A DNA stretch of 64,000 nucleotides. It comes from Tubulanus polymorphus. Lineage: Eukaryota > Animalia > Nemertea. The stretch spans positions 10,542,088 through 10,606,087 of the forward strand of contig NC_134031.1 in the NCBI RefSeq assembly GCF_964204645.1, given 5' to 3'. The notes beneath the pieces were generated by a model. The model searched no databases. It was not told where the DNA came from and saw only the letters and a list, made by a program, of their open reading frames with translations. How positions within the stretch are numbered: position 1 is the first letter of the stretch; the number at the start of each line of letters is the position of its first letter. This document shows, piece after piece, positions 12,677 through 26,160 of the stretch. Made by a program: the position numbers and the translations under genes.

Positions 12677-14570
12677 GGATCGCTGGACAATGGCCAGGCG
12701 AGCAGATTAAATCCCCGGCTGTTTGGATGATGCCGAAAGTTCCCCTGAGACAGAAGCGATGGGAAATTCGGAAGAGTCCTGGGGTTGTCGCACAGTAGGT
12801 TGAGAAGTGGTAGGAACCATTTCTGAGCCGGCCAACATGGTGCTACCAGAACTATGTTGCAACTGACTGATCTCTCTATTTGATCCAGTAAGCGCGGCAG
12901 GACTGGTGTGGGCGGGAACGCATACGCATGCATCCCCGACCAGTCCAGAGAGAAGGCATCGACCCCCACGCTTCCGCGTCTGGAAACGGGGACACAAACA
13001 GAGGACACCTCCGATTGAACCGGGTGGCAAACAGATCCAGCAGCGGATTGCCAAACATGCCCCGAACCCGATCGGCTACTTCTTGGTGGAGAACCCATTC
13101 TGTCGCAATAGCCTGACCTCGACGAGACAGAGCATCGGCCATCACGTTCCTTTTCCCTGCTAAATGTGCCACAGTCAGGGACACGCCCTTTGTCTGGCAC
13201 CAAAGAAGAATTTTGGCCGACAGACCTGTGAGGGTTTCTGAGTGAGTGCCCCCTTGGTTCTGAAGGTAAGCCCTCACTGTTGAATTGTCTGTGGCTAACC
13301 AAACGTGGTGGCCCTCCACTCTCCTGTGAAAGAACTTCAGGGCCTTCCACACGGCCAGCATTTCTAGGAAATTTATGTGGTTGGTGGCCTCGTAGCAAGA
13401 CCATCTCCCGGCTTTGACTCGGTTCTCCAGATGTGCCCCCCATCCTTGGTGACTGGCATCCGTAAATACACGAACTGTATACTGTAGACCCTGGGCTAGT
13501 GACACCCCGAGCCGAAGATTCGTAGTTGCCGCCCACCACTGAAGATCCGGACTTAGATCGGTTGGAGGTACGGGAATCAAGGCCTCCCAGTTGCCCTTCG
13601 ACTGAGACCAAAAGACCTTCCAATATTGTTGCAAGCGCCTGCTTCTGAGGCGGCCTAAGGGCACCACCAGACCCATGGAGCTGATGGAGCCTAGAAGCTG
13701 TGACCAGTAACGAGCTGTTCTCGGGGTTGTGGACACTCCCGCTACAGCTTCTTGAAGTTTGGCTACTCGAACCATAGACGGAAAGACTTTGCCCATTCGG
13801 AGATCGAAGTCCATGCCGAGATAAGTGAACTGTTGGGCCGGCGTCAACTGAGATTTTTCCCTGTTTACGCGGAACCCTAGCTGATGGACTAAGTCCAAGA
13901 CAGGTCATTGCCTCCCGACATTCCTGAGCCGAATTCGCGACTATTAACCAGTCGTCGAGGTAAACGAACAGTCGAACACCCCTTGACTGAAGTACCTTCT
14001 GAACTGACTTGACCAACTTGGTGAAAACCCACGGGGCCGTACTGAGGCCAAATGGAAGAGACCTGAATTGGAACTGGCGGCCTTTCCACTTTATCCTGAG
14101 AAATCGCCGAGATTTTGGGTGAATTGGAACCTGAAAGTAAGCATCTTTCAGGTCCAATGAAGCCGCCCATTGACCCGGACGGAGCCATTGAATCACGTCC
14201 TTGGGCTTGGTCATCCGGAACCTTGGAATGTCTAGGTGCCGATTGAGGGATGACAGATCTATCACTGTCCGTTGACCCCCTGTGGCCTTTGGTACCATGA
14301 ATATTCGAGAAAACCAGCCGGGAGAAGTTTCGTTGCAAACTGGTTCTATCGCTCCCTTCTCGGCCAATTCCTTGAGAGCTGGAGAGATTAAGGCCTCCTG
14401 ACCTGGTTTTGGCCGCATGTCGGGAGGTGACCTCATCAGGCGCGGTCGCCTTAGGAAACGGAGACGGTAGCCACGAGAGACGACCCGGGAGGGCCAACCG
14501 TCTCCAAAGAGGTCGGACCAGCGGGTTGCTGCCTGCTGCAGACAACCTCCCACTGGTCCCAAGAATTCAT
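12553..14570 (-). pseudogene. DIRS RT / RNase H / methyltransferase-like ORF, frameshifted in copy B
   Basis: Split across ORFs 12553-15900 and 12876-13898; -2 nt near 13901 and -1 nt near 12965 relative to copy D. Confidence 0.88.
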
Positions 14571-16769
14571 TTCGAGTTTTTCCGAAAGGAAGAGCCCCTT
14601 TTTGGTGCCTTCCCCTTGCCTCGATACGAACTGGAACTGTTACGACCGGACGAGGCTTGACACGATTGTTGAAGTTGCGCGCTAGTTCTACATCCGAAGC
14701 CGCCTGAGAAAGCGCTGAAGTTTGAGATGGTCCTGTTTGCGTCCGTGCCGAACCTTGCGCCGCCGGCGTCGGACCAGAACGCTTTTTCCACGGAGTTCGG
14801 GGGTTGGACTTGGCCTGAACCTCCCGAATCTTCCTCAGCTCTGCAGAAACCGGAGCGCACCAACCGGAGAAGAGACGTGAAGACGTCCCCAAAGGGGCTC
14901 TCAGCAAAGCATTGGACACCATATCCGGTTTGGAACTGGAGTCCATCACTGACTGACGGGAGGCTAACACCAGATTAGCCTGACCCCGAACCGACAACGG
15001 AATTACATGCGAAACAGACCGAGCCAAAGATTGGATAATCCGGTCCATTCCCTCCAGTTTTAGGGCAACTGACTCTGGGTCGGAGCCCGCATGAACGGCG
15101 GCGTGAGTCTCGCGAAGCTCACCCGTCAACACCTTAAGTGCCATATCTTGAAACGAACCAACCCTGGTAAGATTGTCCAGGATTGACGTCATGGCCACCA
15201 AACCGGACTTAGGTAAACGAATACCCGACTGTGCTGTAACGGTATCCGGGCTGATCAAAGTATAATCAGCATCCAGGCAGTTATGACTGTGATCCACAGC
15301 ACCTGGAGTTGCGTAATACGCCGAGCGAAATGCGCCTATAGGTGGATCGGTTGAACTAAAATATTTCCCAGATTTCATACCCCGTTCTGGAGGGGGAAAT
15401 GAAAATGTTCCAGGCCGACATTCACCCCATAAATGCGTATCCAATCGAGCCCATTCTCTCGAAACCGCTGACGATTCCCGTAAAACGTTAAGATCGGAGT
15501 CCGGAGGGCGATAAGCTTCCATTGACTCACTGACCAGAGGAGCTGCTGTGGGCTTAGCGCGAGTTGCCCCGTGCTTGACAAAGAACTCACTTATCATCGC
15601 TCTAAATAGCATGTCCCCCGCTGGTTCGGATAAAACTGAACGGGACGGAGATACATTGCGAGCCAGGGAAGCCCCCATCGTCTGGGGCAACCCACAATTG
15701 CTCGCGACAGGAACGACCCCAGAAGTAATTGCCGCTTCTGGGACCGGATCCTCATTGAAATCAGACCCTACCGCAGCATCCAGGAATTCAGAGTCAGAAT
15801 TCCGAAAAACTGAGTGGGCTGGCGAACTTCTAACCGGACAATCAGGAATAGGCTTACCTGTTGTAGAGGTTGCAGCGACTTGTTGCGACGAAGATAACAA
15901 GTTTAAAATTTTCTCCTCAAATACATGGAAATCCTTCTGAGTCAGGTATTTTCCAGTATCCAGACGATCATGCCGACTTCGGTGACGGTCCCTCGAACGG
16001 GATCGCGACCTACTAGAAGAATCGCTTTCATCGCTAACCGACGTCGACGAACGATGAGAAGACCGACGGCAAAACTTCCGACAATAACGATCGTAGTCCC
16101 TCTTGCGATCAAACCTTGATCTGCGAGAAGGAGATCTTGCTCGTTTATTAGGCTCACGGCGTCTGAAACTAGTGGGAGAGCGAGCTCTATCCCTGGAGCG
16201 ACGATCAGAATCAGACGATGAACGTACCGGATGTTTTGAACCGGACGACGTCTGGACCGGACCGGTGCCCGAACCGGACCGAACCGATGCCCGACCCGGT
16301 ACCGACCGAACCGGTGCGGCCGTTCGCGACTACCGCGGCGCGCGCTCGGTTCCGAATATGTAGTCTGAACCGGCCGAACCGGTGAACGACCGGAGACCGG
16401 TGAATGACCGGAGACCGGTGCCGGTGAACCAGCGTTCCTCCCCGGTGAACGGAGTTGGGAAGCCGATCGTACCTGAACGACCGGCGACCGCTCCGCTTTA
16501 CGATAAGAAACAGGATTAGAAACGTCGGTTGGCACATCGGCCGAAACCGACGAATCCCTGCTAACTCAACGACGATCTCTTAGTTTAAGAGCCTTATCGG
16601 CCCGAAGCCAAAGGTCCTCGGACCACACAACGCAAATCTTGCAAGGATTGCTCCTTGCACATATTTGACCGGATTTGCGCCTGCACGACGCACATGAACC
16701 GTGGTTGTCCCAGGCGCCAAACAAATGCCCGCATCCCTCCCCGCCACGATGCTGACCCTTAGGTGGCAT
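14567..16769 (-). pseudogene. DIRS gag-like ORF1 (Cys/His-rich N-terminus, RS-rich tract), frameshifted
   Basis: MPPKGQ...CGH...HGSCASC...C...CKIC zinc-finger-like start; RSRSRSR tract; spread over several ORFs. Confidence 0.8.
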
Positions 16770-17419
16770 AATTTAATTATCCTGTTACAAATCAAAACAA
16801 TTCAATTCAATCAAATTATATTTGTAAATAAAATTCTTACGGAAAAATAGAAACCAGGGATAACCCCCAAACCGAACAGACTCACCGTTATGAGAGTGAA
16901 AACTCCCTAATATCCTAATTCCCAGATTTTTACGGCGAAAAAATCCAACGCGTTCTACTGCGAGAACGCCAAGAAAAAAGATGGCGGATTTCGCCTGTGG
17001 CTAAATGCAATACCGCAGGGCCGGGTCGTATAGAAAAACCATTGGCGATCAATCCAAATTTAGAAAATATTGGCATAAACCATAGGAAAGGGTACAGTAC
17101 TCGACGGAAATATGTTGGCGGTACCACATTACGGGCCGCAGAGACATATATCCACAGACACACGGTTGGCCAACAGATTAGTATACACATGCCGCTAACG
17201 AAAATGATTGCATTTAAAAGTAGATCGTGAAGCACATATATGGTCATACCAATCTATCAACACGTGGATACAAACAATGAGCACTAATCCGGTAATTTAA
17301 TATTAGAAACAACAGATCCCAATGATTTAATAATGCAAACAGTGGTAAAGACTCAACTACTATGAGAATGACATCGGCACTGTTTTCAATGTGACATATG
17401 TAAACACATGAAGAAGCGA

Positions 17420-17518
17420 CTCGACTTATACACCGACTATAGCCCTAGCACAACTTTTTAAACTGAAAATTTGACCTCGACTTATACACCGGGTCGACTT
17501 GTACACCGGAAAATACGG
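17420..17518. mobile_element. pogo/Tigger-like MITE right end
   Basis: TCGACTT(A/G)TACACC x3 ending in ...GGAAAATACGG followed by TA. Confidence 0.55.
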
Positions 17519-17639
17519 TATGGTACGATTACCACACTCAAACGTGGTGAACAGATAATAAGATAAGAACCCACTATTTACAAATTACAAGAAATCTAAA
17601 ATCGAGAATTTATTAATTGAAACAATCTTAAATATAAGA

Positions 17640-17681
17640 ACACGAAGTTTCGATCTCACACTAGAGATCATCGTCAGGTGT
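17640..17681 (-). ncRNA. Hammerhead ribozyme variant (GUC to UUC)
   Basis: ACAC-CUGACGA-U-GAUCUC...GAGAUC-GAAAC-UUC-GUGU. Confidence 0.75.
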
Positions 17682-17747
17682 GAGATATTGACTTAAAACA
17701 GGGGTATATATACAGAGGAGAACAGGTTAATTGAGTAAATTGGTGAG

Positions 17748-20700
17748 TGTTGCGGCAAATCCTTCCCTTGTTTTAGTGTTTGGCCTGGGTGGTGGTGTTG
17801 CGCCACATGATGTACGGAAGTGGTGATGGTTTTGCTTCGTGGCAATTTGGATCAATCGTTTCTTTTAGTTTTTTAGCGCACATCTTTTTAGAAGTTTTAG
17901 CGATCAAATGATTTGGTAAGACGTTTTACGACTCACATATATTATCTAAAACATTTGCCATTCTTTCTGAGTAATTATATTTTTGTACTAAGCTTTGGGT
18001 TTTGCTTTCTCTAAAGTTTTTGAGACTTTGATTTTAGTGCCTTATGATATCCATAGATGGCAGCACCTGAATATGTTTGATATGCAATTTTTAGTAAATG
18101 CTTTATTTTGTTTGACTTGCGGTCAATTGTGACGTTTCATTTAAAGAAGAATTAACTACGCTATGCATTGCAAACAAAGTGATCGCGTTTTAGTGGATTA
18201 ACTCAGTTGCACGAGGAACATTATTGACAAAACAGCATCGTGATGAGCTGTTAGAAAATGGATAGCGCAAACTACTATGATGGCTGCTCGAAGAGTCTGA
18301 AACAAAATTGATAAATCTAAGACATGAGGAGGAGCTGCGTGCGTTAAGCATTAAAAAGGACCTCGCTTGTGCGCAAGCAGAGCTCCAATCGATAGAAAAG
18401 ATTGAATACGAGCAGTGTAGTAATTCTACACCACGATCGGCCGAGTGTGGCTTCAGCGAGAACTGAATGCCAGAATGCGATTCTCGATATCACAAGAGTT
18501 CGACTGCTAGAATACCCTGACAATATTAGGCGACTCGTCGGTAAGTTACCGTACGGCCTCCAGGAACAATGGAGGAACATAGTCTGCGGGCTTAAGGACA
18601 GACACCAGACGGTAACATTCGGGAAATTTGTGAGCTTCGTACGAAAAGAGGCACGTAAGATCTGCGACCTAATTTATGGCAGAATCACGATCGCATCAGT
18701 CAACCCCTACGTCGAAAGAAGGAAAGATAAACGGCCGACGTCGGCAAGGGCTTCGGTCAGCGGCAGCACAAGGTCCAGTTGTGTCTACTGTAAAAGTGAC
18801 AGCCACACAATAGATAACTGTGACTCATTGAAAATGAAACCATTAGACGAAAGATTGAAAACGTTTAGAAGTCAGAATCTTTGTTTTGCATGCGGGAAAG
18901 CTGGACACAGAGCTCAGCTCTGTAGAAACTAATTGAGTAAATTGGTGAGTGTTGCGGCAAATCCTTCCCTTGTTTGAGTGTTTGGCCTGGGTGGTGGTGT
19001 TGCGCCACCTGATGTGCGGAAGTGGTGATGGTTTTGCTTCGTGGCAATGTGGATCAATCGTTTCTTTTAGTTTTTTAGCGTACATCTTTTTAGAAGTTTT
19101 AGACGGTGATATGATTTGGTAAGACGTTTTACAACTCACATATATTATCTAAAACATTTGCCATTCTTTCTGAGTAGTTATATTTTTGTACTAAGCTTTG
19201 GGTTTTGCTTTCTCTAAAGTTTTTGAGACTGATTTTAGTGCCTTATGATATCCATAGATGGCAGCACCTGAATATGTTTGATATGCAATTTTTAGTAAAT
19301 GCTTTATTTTGTTTGACTTGCAGTCAATTGTGATGTTTCATTTAAAGAAGAATTAACAACGCTATGCATTGCAAACAAAGTGATCGCGTTTTAGTGGATT
19401 GACTCAGTTGCACGAGGAACATTATTGACAAAACGGCATCGTGATGAGCTGTTAGAAAATGGATAGCGCAAACTACTATGATGGCTGCTCGAAGAGTCTG
19501 AAAGAAAATGGATAAATCTAAGACATGAGGAGGAGCTGCGTGCGTTAAGCATTAAAAAGGACCTCGCTTGTGCGCTAGCAGAGCTCCAATCGATAGAAAA
19601 GATTGAATACGAGCAGTGTAGTAATTCTACACCACGATCGGCCGAGTGTGGCTTCAGCGAGAACTGAATGCCAGAATGCGATTCTCGATATCACAAGAGT
19701 TCAACTGCTAGAATACCCTGACAATATTAGGCGACTCGTCGGTAAGTTACCGTACGGCCTCCAGGAACGATGGAGGAACATAGTCTGCGGGCTTAAGGAC
19801 AGACACCAGACGGTAACATTCGGGGAATTTGTGAGCTTCGTACGAAAAGAGGCACGTAAGATCTGCGACCTAATTTATGGCAGAATCACGATCGCATCAG
19901 TCAACCCCTACGTCGAAAGAAGGAAAGATAAACGGCCGACGCCGGCAGGGGCTTCGGTCAGCGGCAGCACAAGGTCCAGTTGTGTCTACTGTAAAAGTGA
20001 CAGCCACACAATAGATAACTGTGACTCATTGAAAATGAAACCATTAGACGAAAGATTGAAAACGTTTAGAAGTCAGAATCTTTGTTTTGCATGCGGGAAA
20101 GCTGGACACAGAGCTCAGCTCTGTAGAAACAGGCTGACTTGCATGTGTAAAAGGCGACACGGATCAGTGCTTCACACGGAGCCTCCCGATTCCGTTGAGG
20201 TGAAAGAAAACCAATAATGCGAAACCTAGTGGAGCAACCAGTGCAAGAGACAGGAGACGGGCACGGCACAATGGCCCTGATACCGGTCAGAGTCCGAGCT
20301 AAAGACAGACTTTCAGAAATAGTCACGTATGCGTTCCTTGACCCGGGAAGTTCGATATCTTTCTGCACCGCCGAAATAATCAGAGAGCTACAGATTCCTG
20401 CAAGGAAGGTGAACATCAGCGTAGGAACCGTCAGCTGTCCCGAAGGAAAACCGTTGCGAACAGACAAAGTCGTCGGTCTAGAAATAAGGTCATTTGCGGA
20501 AAACCACGACTCGGTTAGACTCCCGCCTGTGTTCTCTATCGGTAAAATACCAGTGACAGAAGAATACATGGTGATGGAGGAGGAAATCAGAAGTTGGCCA
20601 AACCTTGAAGGCATCAGCGCACCAGCCAAGATCGGAAAAGCAGTCAAGTTGCTTATCGGAAGCAATGTTCCTGATGCGTTCCTGCCGGTCCAAACAATCA

Positions 20701-23700
20701 CCGGCCCCAGCGGCGGACCTTATGTGGTCAATACTAAACTCGGCTGGGTCACCTGGGGCATCGTCAGAAAAACTCGTCAGTCCATGGCTAAGGCTCACAT
20801 GATAGTCACGAGTTCGATATCGGATAACCAGCAGTTGCGCGAAAACGATCGTCACCTGAAAGAAACGTTCAACCACGACTTTCCGGAAAGAATAATTGAA
20901 GACAGGCAGCAGTGGTCGCAAGAGGACAAAGCCTTCATGGATAAGATAAGCGGCAAAGTCGAGCTTGTGAACGGCCATTATTAGATACCTCTGCCTCTGA
21001 AGGACGTGAAGTTGCCAACAGGTCGATGGCCATGACTCGTTTGAGTAGCCTAAAGAGAAGGCTTAACGCCGACACGAAGTTCCGAGAAAATTACACGTCT
21101 TTCATGCAGTCAGTTATCAAAAAGGGATACGCTGAAATCGTGCCTGATTGCGAATTAAACAAAGAGACAGGCGCTTGGTACCTACCGCACCACGGGTGGA
21201 CCACCCAAAGAAGAGCAAGATAAGACAGGTTTTCGATTGCGCGGCGAAGTACCATGGAGTTTCTCTAAATGATGCACATATGCAGGGACCCAATTTGACT
21301 AATGCCCTTGTCGGTTTTCTCCTCAGATTCAGGCAAAATCAAGTAGCGGTCACAGCGGACATCGAGGCAATGTTCCACCAAGTTTTAGTGCCTAAAGAAG
21401 ACAGAGATTATCTTAGGTTCCTGTCGTGTAAAGACGGAGACCTCAATTCTGAGCCCACCTGTTACCGCATGAAAGTACACCTTTTCGGCAGTGTCTCATC
21501 GCCTACATGCGTAAATCTAGCCTTACGTCGTACAGCCGAGAATGGAGGCGTCGTAAGACCCGAAGCTGTAGAAGGAATTAAGCGTTCATTCTCCGTATAT
21601 GACTGCCTGAAGACTCTCAATTCTGACGAAGAAGCCATCCGCATCCTGGGAGACATCATATACGTATGTCAGGAAGGCGGTTTCCACCTTCACAAATAAA
21701 AAGTAATAGTTGCACCGTCATGAAAGCGTTCTCACACGAAGAATGGTCACCAAGCGTCGATTTAGGCTTGGACAATACTCGACTACCAACAGAGCGTGCC
21801 CTAGGTGTCACCTGGGACGTCGAAAACGACAGTCTAACCTTTAACATTAGCTTGGATCGAAACAAACCTGCCACTCGTCAGGGTATTTTGTCAGTCATTA
21901 GTTCGGTTTATGACCCCTTAGGGCTAGTGTTGCCATATATTCTGCCAGCCAAGATCCTGCTGCAAGAGTTGTGCAGAGACAGCATCGGATGGGACGAAGC
22001 CATCACCCGAGACCAACAAAGGCGATTTGAAGCCTGGGCCGACGGAATTATTGCCCTAGAACTAGTCATGATTCCATGATGCCTCGCCCCTTAATGATCA
22101 GACGCGCTCAAGTACCAACTCCACTTCTTCACCGACGCAAGTAAAACGGGGTATGGCGTTGTTTGTTATTCGTGAGTAGCTGACCCGTCCGGCAACGTCA
22201 CGTGTAGATTGGTAATCTCGAAATTTAGGGTTGCGCCTCTAAAGAAGATAACCATGCCACACATGGAGCTCACCGCTACGACTGTTGCAGTTCGTTTGCA
22301 CAGCATGGAGCAAGAGAACTAGATATCGAGTTCGACAAAGTCTTCTACTGGACTGACGGAAAGAGTTCCTAAGATATATGATACGGCAAATGATACGGAG
22401 AGATACCAAACATTCGTGACGAACCGAGTAAATGTTTTAAGAGATGGCAGTCAAGTTTCTCAGTGGCGATATATCGACACAAAGCTCAACCCAGCAGACT
22501 TCGTCTCGAGAGGTTTGCAACCAAGCAAGTCCCCAGTAAAGGATGAGATCTGGTTTAACAGACCAGAATTCCTCATCAAAGACCAATCGGATTGGCCGCT
22601 TGACGTCGTGGATCGAAGTCAAGTCGACAGTAGCGTATTACACAGCCTATTGATAAGCTCATTGAACAATACTCAGATTGGTGGCGTCTGAAGCGTGGTG
22701 TGGCGTGGCTCCTACTGTTTGCAAAAAGACTCCGTAAATTGGCCGAGGTAAGAAAACTTTGCCCGCGAAAAAACCCCCTGGAGCGACAACCGCGTTCCTA
22801 AATCGATCCGTCATAGAGGAGGCAGAGTTGCTCCTAGTAAGGCATTCGCAACGGAAGACCTTCAGCTCCGAGCACGAGCAGCTGAAAACAGATGCACGGG
22901 TAAAACGAGCTAGCCAGCTGCAAGGTCTCGACGTTAACTGAACGATGAAGTGATTCGGGTCAGTGGTCGTCTTGAATGCGCAAATAGTGCCTTTCGACCA
23001 GAAACACCAAATTGTATTATCAAAAACCTCTCGCATAAGACCCGCACAGAGCCATAGGGCACATGGGCAAGAATTCTATCCTGCGATATGTGAGGCAAAG
23101 GTTCTGGATTACTCATTGCGCCGGCGTAATCAAATCAATAATAGCGAAGTGCGTCGATTGCCGGAAATATCCTGACGATAAGGTCGACCAAAAGATGGCC
23201 GACTTACCGAAAGAGCGTTTAGTGGCCGACAAACAACAGTTGTCAAACACCGGCGTGGATTACTTCAGCCCCTTCGATGTAAAAGCTGGGCGCAGCGTTG
23301 CGAAGCGCTATGGCGTCGTTTTAACGTTTATGGCCAGCAGGGTCATTCACCTGTAAGTCGCGAATTCGTTAGATACGGATTCATGTATCAACGCTATAAG
23401 GCGCTTTATATCTAGGCGTGGGGCGATTGAAAAAATTCGGTCTGATAACGGCACCAACCTAGTTGGCCCCAGTGCCGACATGAAGCGTGCGTTGGTGAGT
23501 CTGGATAAGGATAAGATATCACGGTTTTGCCTCGAAAAGCATTTCGAGTGGAGGTTTAACCCTCCGCAAGCCTCACATTTCGGCGGAACGAATGATGAGA
23601 TCGGCACGCAAAATTCTGTTCCACTTGTTGGGCGGACAATCGAAAGCCCTGAATGACAAAATGCTTAGCACAGCGTTTTGCGAAGCGGAGTCGATACTCA

Positions 23701-24981
23701 ACAAACGTCTGCTGTATGACCTGGACATGAACAACCCTAACGATTCGAGACCCATCACACCAAATCATCGCTCCGAATCCGAAATCAGATTTCCCAATCG
23801 GCATCTTCTCGAAAGAAGATGGGTATGAGAAGCCTAGATGGCGTCAGGTTCAATACTTGGCATCATTGTTCTGGAAAAGATGGTGTGAGGAATATATGGC
23901 GCTGCTTCAAGTTTGGTCAAAATTGTCTCGGTCGCGTCGAAACGTCGCAGTTGGGGACGTTGGCCTCATTATGGATTCATCAGTGCATAACTCATGGGCC
24001 CACAGTAGGGTAGTCAGAGTTGAGCGTGACTCTAAAGGTTATCTTCGAGCTGCATCCATGAAAACAGCACTTAGTGAATTCCGCAGACCGGTAGCCAAGC
24101 TATGCGTATTAGTAGAAGCAGACTAGCTGTAAGACTTTGCGCCCTCGTACCTAGCATTTAATCTGTCATTTTAACTATGTTGCTGCAATAACTCGTGTTT
24201 TAGGACAATCGGTTTGCTCTACCTATTAAAACAAGTGCACTGTTTTTTAAATTCTTTATACATGTAATCTATATTGTATTTTAGTAGTTATGTAGTGATC
24301 TAGTTTAGTATAATCGATGCAAGGATTCTACCCCCTTTAAGGAGGTTTTTTAGTGTTTTGAGTTGCATTTATGTGGTTGTGTTAAGTGAAATAAGTCATA
24401 ATTTGCTGTATGTTTAGAGTCGTCGAAGCATTTAAGCGGTTATGTAAGGATGTCATAGGACCTAGCCCTATTGGGGGGCTGGTGTGTTGCGGCAAATTCT
24501 TCCCTTGTTTTAGTGTTTGGCCTGGGTGGTGGTGTTGCGCCACCTGGTGTGCGGAAGTGGTGATGGTTTTGCTTCGTGGCAATTTGGATCAATCGTCTCT
24601 TTAGTTTTTTAGCGTACATCTTTTTAGAAGTTTTAGACCGTCATATGTTTTGGTAAGACGTTTTACGACTCACATATATTATCTAAAACATTTGCCATTC
24701 TTTCTGAGTAGTTATATTTTTGTACTAAGCGTTTGAGTTTGCCTTCAGAGCCTTTCTCTAAAGTTTTTGAGACTTTGATTTTAGTGCCTTATGATATCCA
24801 TAGATGGCAACACCTGTTTGTCAGTTTTTGAATATGTTTGATATGCAATTTTTAGTAAATGCTTTATTTTGTTTGACTTGCAGTCAATCGTGACATTTCA
24901 TTTAAAGAAGAATAAACTACGCTACGCATTGCAAACAAAGTGATCGTGTTTTAGTGGATTGATTCAGTTGCACGAGGAACA
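17748..24981 (+). mobile_element. BEL/Pao LTR retrotransposon, degenerate, with three LTR copies
   Basis: LTRs TGTTGCGG...GAGGAACA at 17748-18220, 18950-19421 and 24485-24981; 5-bp TSD GTGAG (17743-47, 24982-86); G-rich PPT before the 3' LTR. Confidence 0.95.
19603..24126 (+). pseudogene. BEL/Pao gag-pol remnants (three zinc knuckles, protease, RT, RNase H, integrase)
   Basis: CVYC..H....C, CFACGKAGH....C, AFLDPGS, YLPHH, VFDCAAK, ADIEAMF, ERALGVTWD, YDPLGL, FTDAS, NPADFVSRG, TGVDYF, RSDNGTNL; many stops and frameshifts. Confidence 0.93.
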
Positions 24982-25740
24982 GTGAGTAACTAATTAGTGT
25001 TTGGCAGGCAAGAAGTAATATACTTAGAAAGAAGGGAATTGCGAGGAGAAAAGCCATTATTTAAATTGGTACTAATATCTGAGTGACGAGTAATTAGGGC
25101 AGACTCAACTATGTGGCGTTTAGTGTAATTGCTGGAAGTATAAATAATTTCGGCTTTATCAAAATTAAAACGATGACCAGTGTTCCAAACGTGATTGGCT
25201 ACGCCAATAGCTGGTTTTTGATTTATTATATCCTTTTCGTGTTCCGAAATTCGAGTTTATAAACCACAACCAGTTTCTCCAAAGTACATTTTATCACAGC
25301 CAAAGCTAGGAATTTTGTAAACTCTGCAGTCCAAAGGTTTAGATTGATTGTTTTTTACCTAAGTCTTGCTAATTTTGTTTTCATACATGAAAATGATTTG
25401 TTTATCCAATAAAGGGAGAGAGTGACGAAAATTTTCCAAAACAGGTACATACGGAACTACAATGAATTCTGAAATGTGTTTTTTATTTTCTGGAGGTTTA
25501 GAATTAAAGAAAGTACGTTAAGCCTTAGAAATAGCGATTTTCAAAATGTGATCAGGGTAAGCCAATTTTTTAAGACAGTTGGATATATGGTCAAATTCAG
25601 CCGAAAGGAAGGTTTCATCACAGATCTGCAGTGCACGAAGAAAGAGGCCTTGAGCGAGACCAATTTTGATTGATTTAGCAGAAAACGAAAATAAACACGT
25701 TATCCTCTGTATATAAACCCCTATTTTTAGTCAATATCTC

Positions 25741-25782
25741 ACACCTGACGATGATCTCTAGTGTGAGATCGAAACGTCGTGT
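25741..25782 (+). ncRNA. Minimal type I hammerhead ribozyme (Penelope pLTR)
   Basis: ACAC-CUGACGA-U-GAUCUC-uagugu-GAGAUC-GAAAC-GUC-GUGU: full core, stems I and II, GUC cleavage site. Confidence 0.85.
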
Positions 25783-25847
25783 TTTTATATTTTAGATTGT
25801 TTCAATTAAAAAATTCTCGATTTTAGATCTTATTATATATCATTTAC

Positions 25848-25977
25848 CTTTAGTTGGGAGTTCTTTTCGCCAAGCAAGGTATGATGAATCGGGGTCACCA
25901 CTGAGCCAATTTTTAGCATCGACATGCAAGTCGGAACCAGTCGTTTTTACACTGCTTCTGAAATCCTTACTCTTTTC
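25848..25977 (-). CDS. UBR4: UBR4 exon 8
   Basis: EKSKDF...HVDAKNWLSGDPDSSYLAWRKELPTK; 130 nt; phases fit both neighbours. Confidence 0.9.
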
Positions 25978-26160
25978 CTGTAAAAGACGAATTACAAGTT
26001 AATTTCCAATATGAATGATCCGATATGAACTCAAACAAGACGTTATGCATGTGACCAGGTGACATCATCATTATCGGGAAAACTTTTCGCAATGATGTTA
26101 AAGAACAGGACCAATTGTTTTGAAACAGTAATTTCTATCCTTAAAGGAGTGACATTTTAA

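Larger units (their letters stand above)
11045..17112 (-). mobile_element. DIRS1-like tyrosine-recombinase retrotransposon copy B, near full length
   Basis: 5' ITR 16975-17112, 3' ITR 11045-11207, ICR 11263-11360; gag, RT (LDLKDAYFQ, LPFGL, YLDD), RNase H (FTDAS), methyltransferase-like domain (DLFA...YAFPP), YR; no TSD. Confidence 0.96.
17524..25835 (-). mobile_element. Penelope-like element family 1 (5'-truncated, inverted partial pLTR), interrupted by the BEL element
   Basis: pLTR 17524-17747 resumes at 24982; minus-strand GIY-YIG remnant VYKIPSFGCDKMYFGETG..TRISEHEKDI at about 25225-25330; inverted pLTR copy at about 25700-25830. Confidence 0.85.

Noticed and set aside
12553-15900. 1115-aa ORF as an intact polyprotein
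   Set aside because: Comparison with copy D shows it is a chimera of gag, RT, the overlapping frame and MT, stitched together by copy-specific indels
11381-16363. Plus-strand ORFs within DIRS copies
   Set aside because: Antisense shadows of GC-rich coding sequence with no motifs; they recur only because the element is repeated
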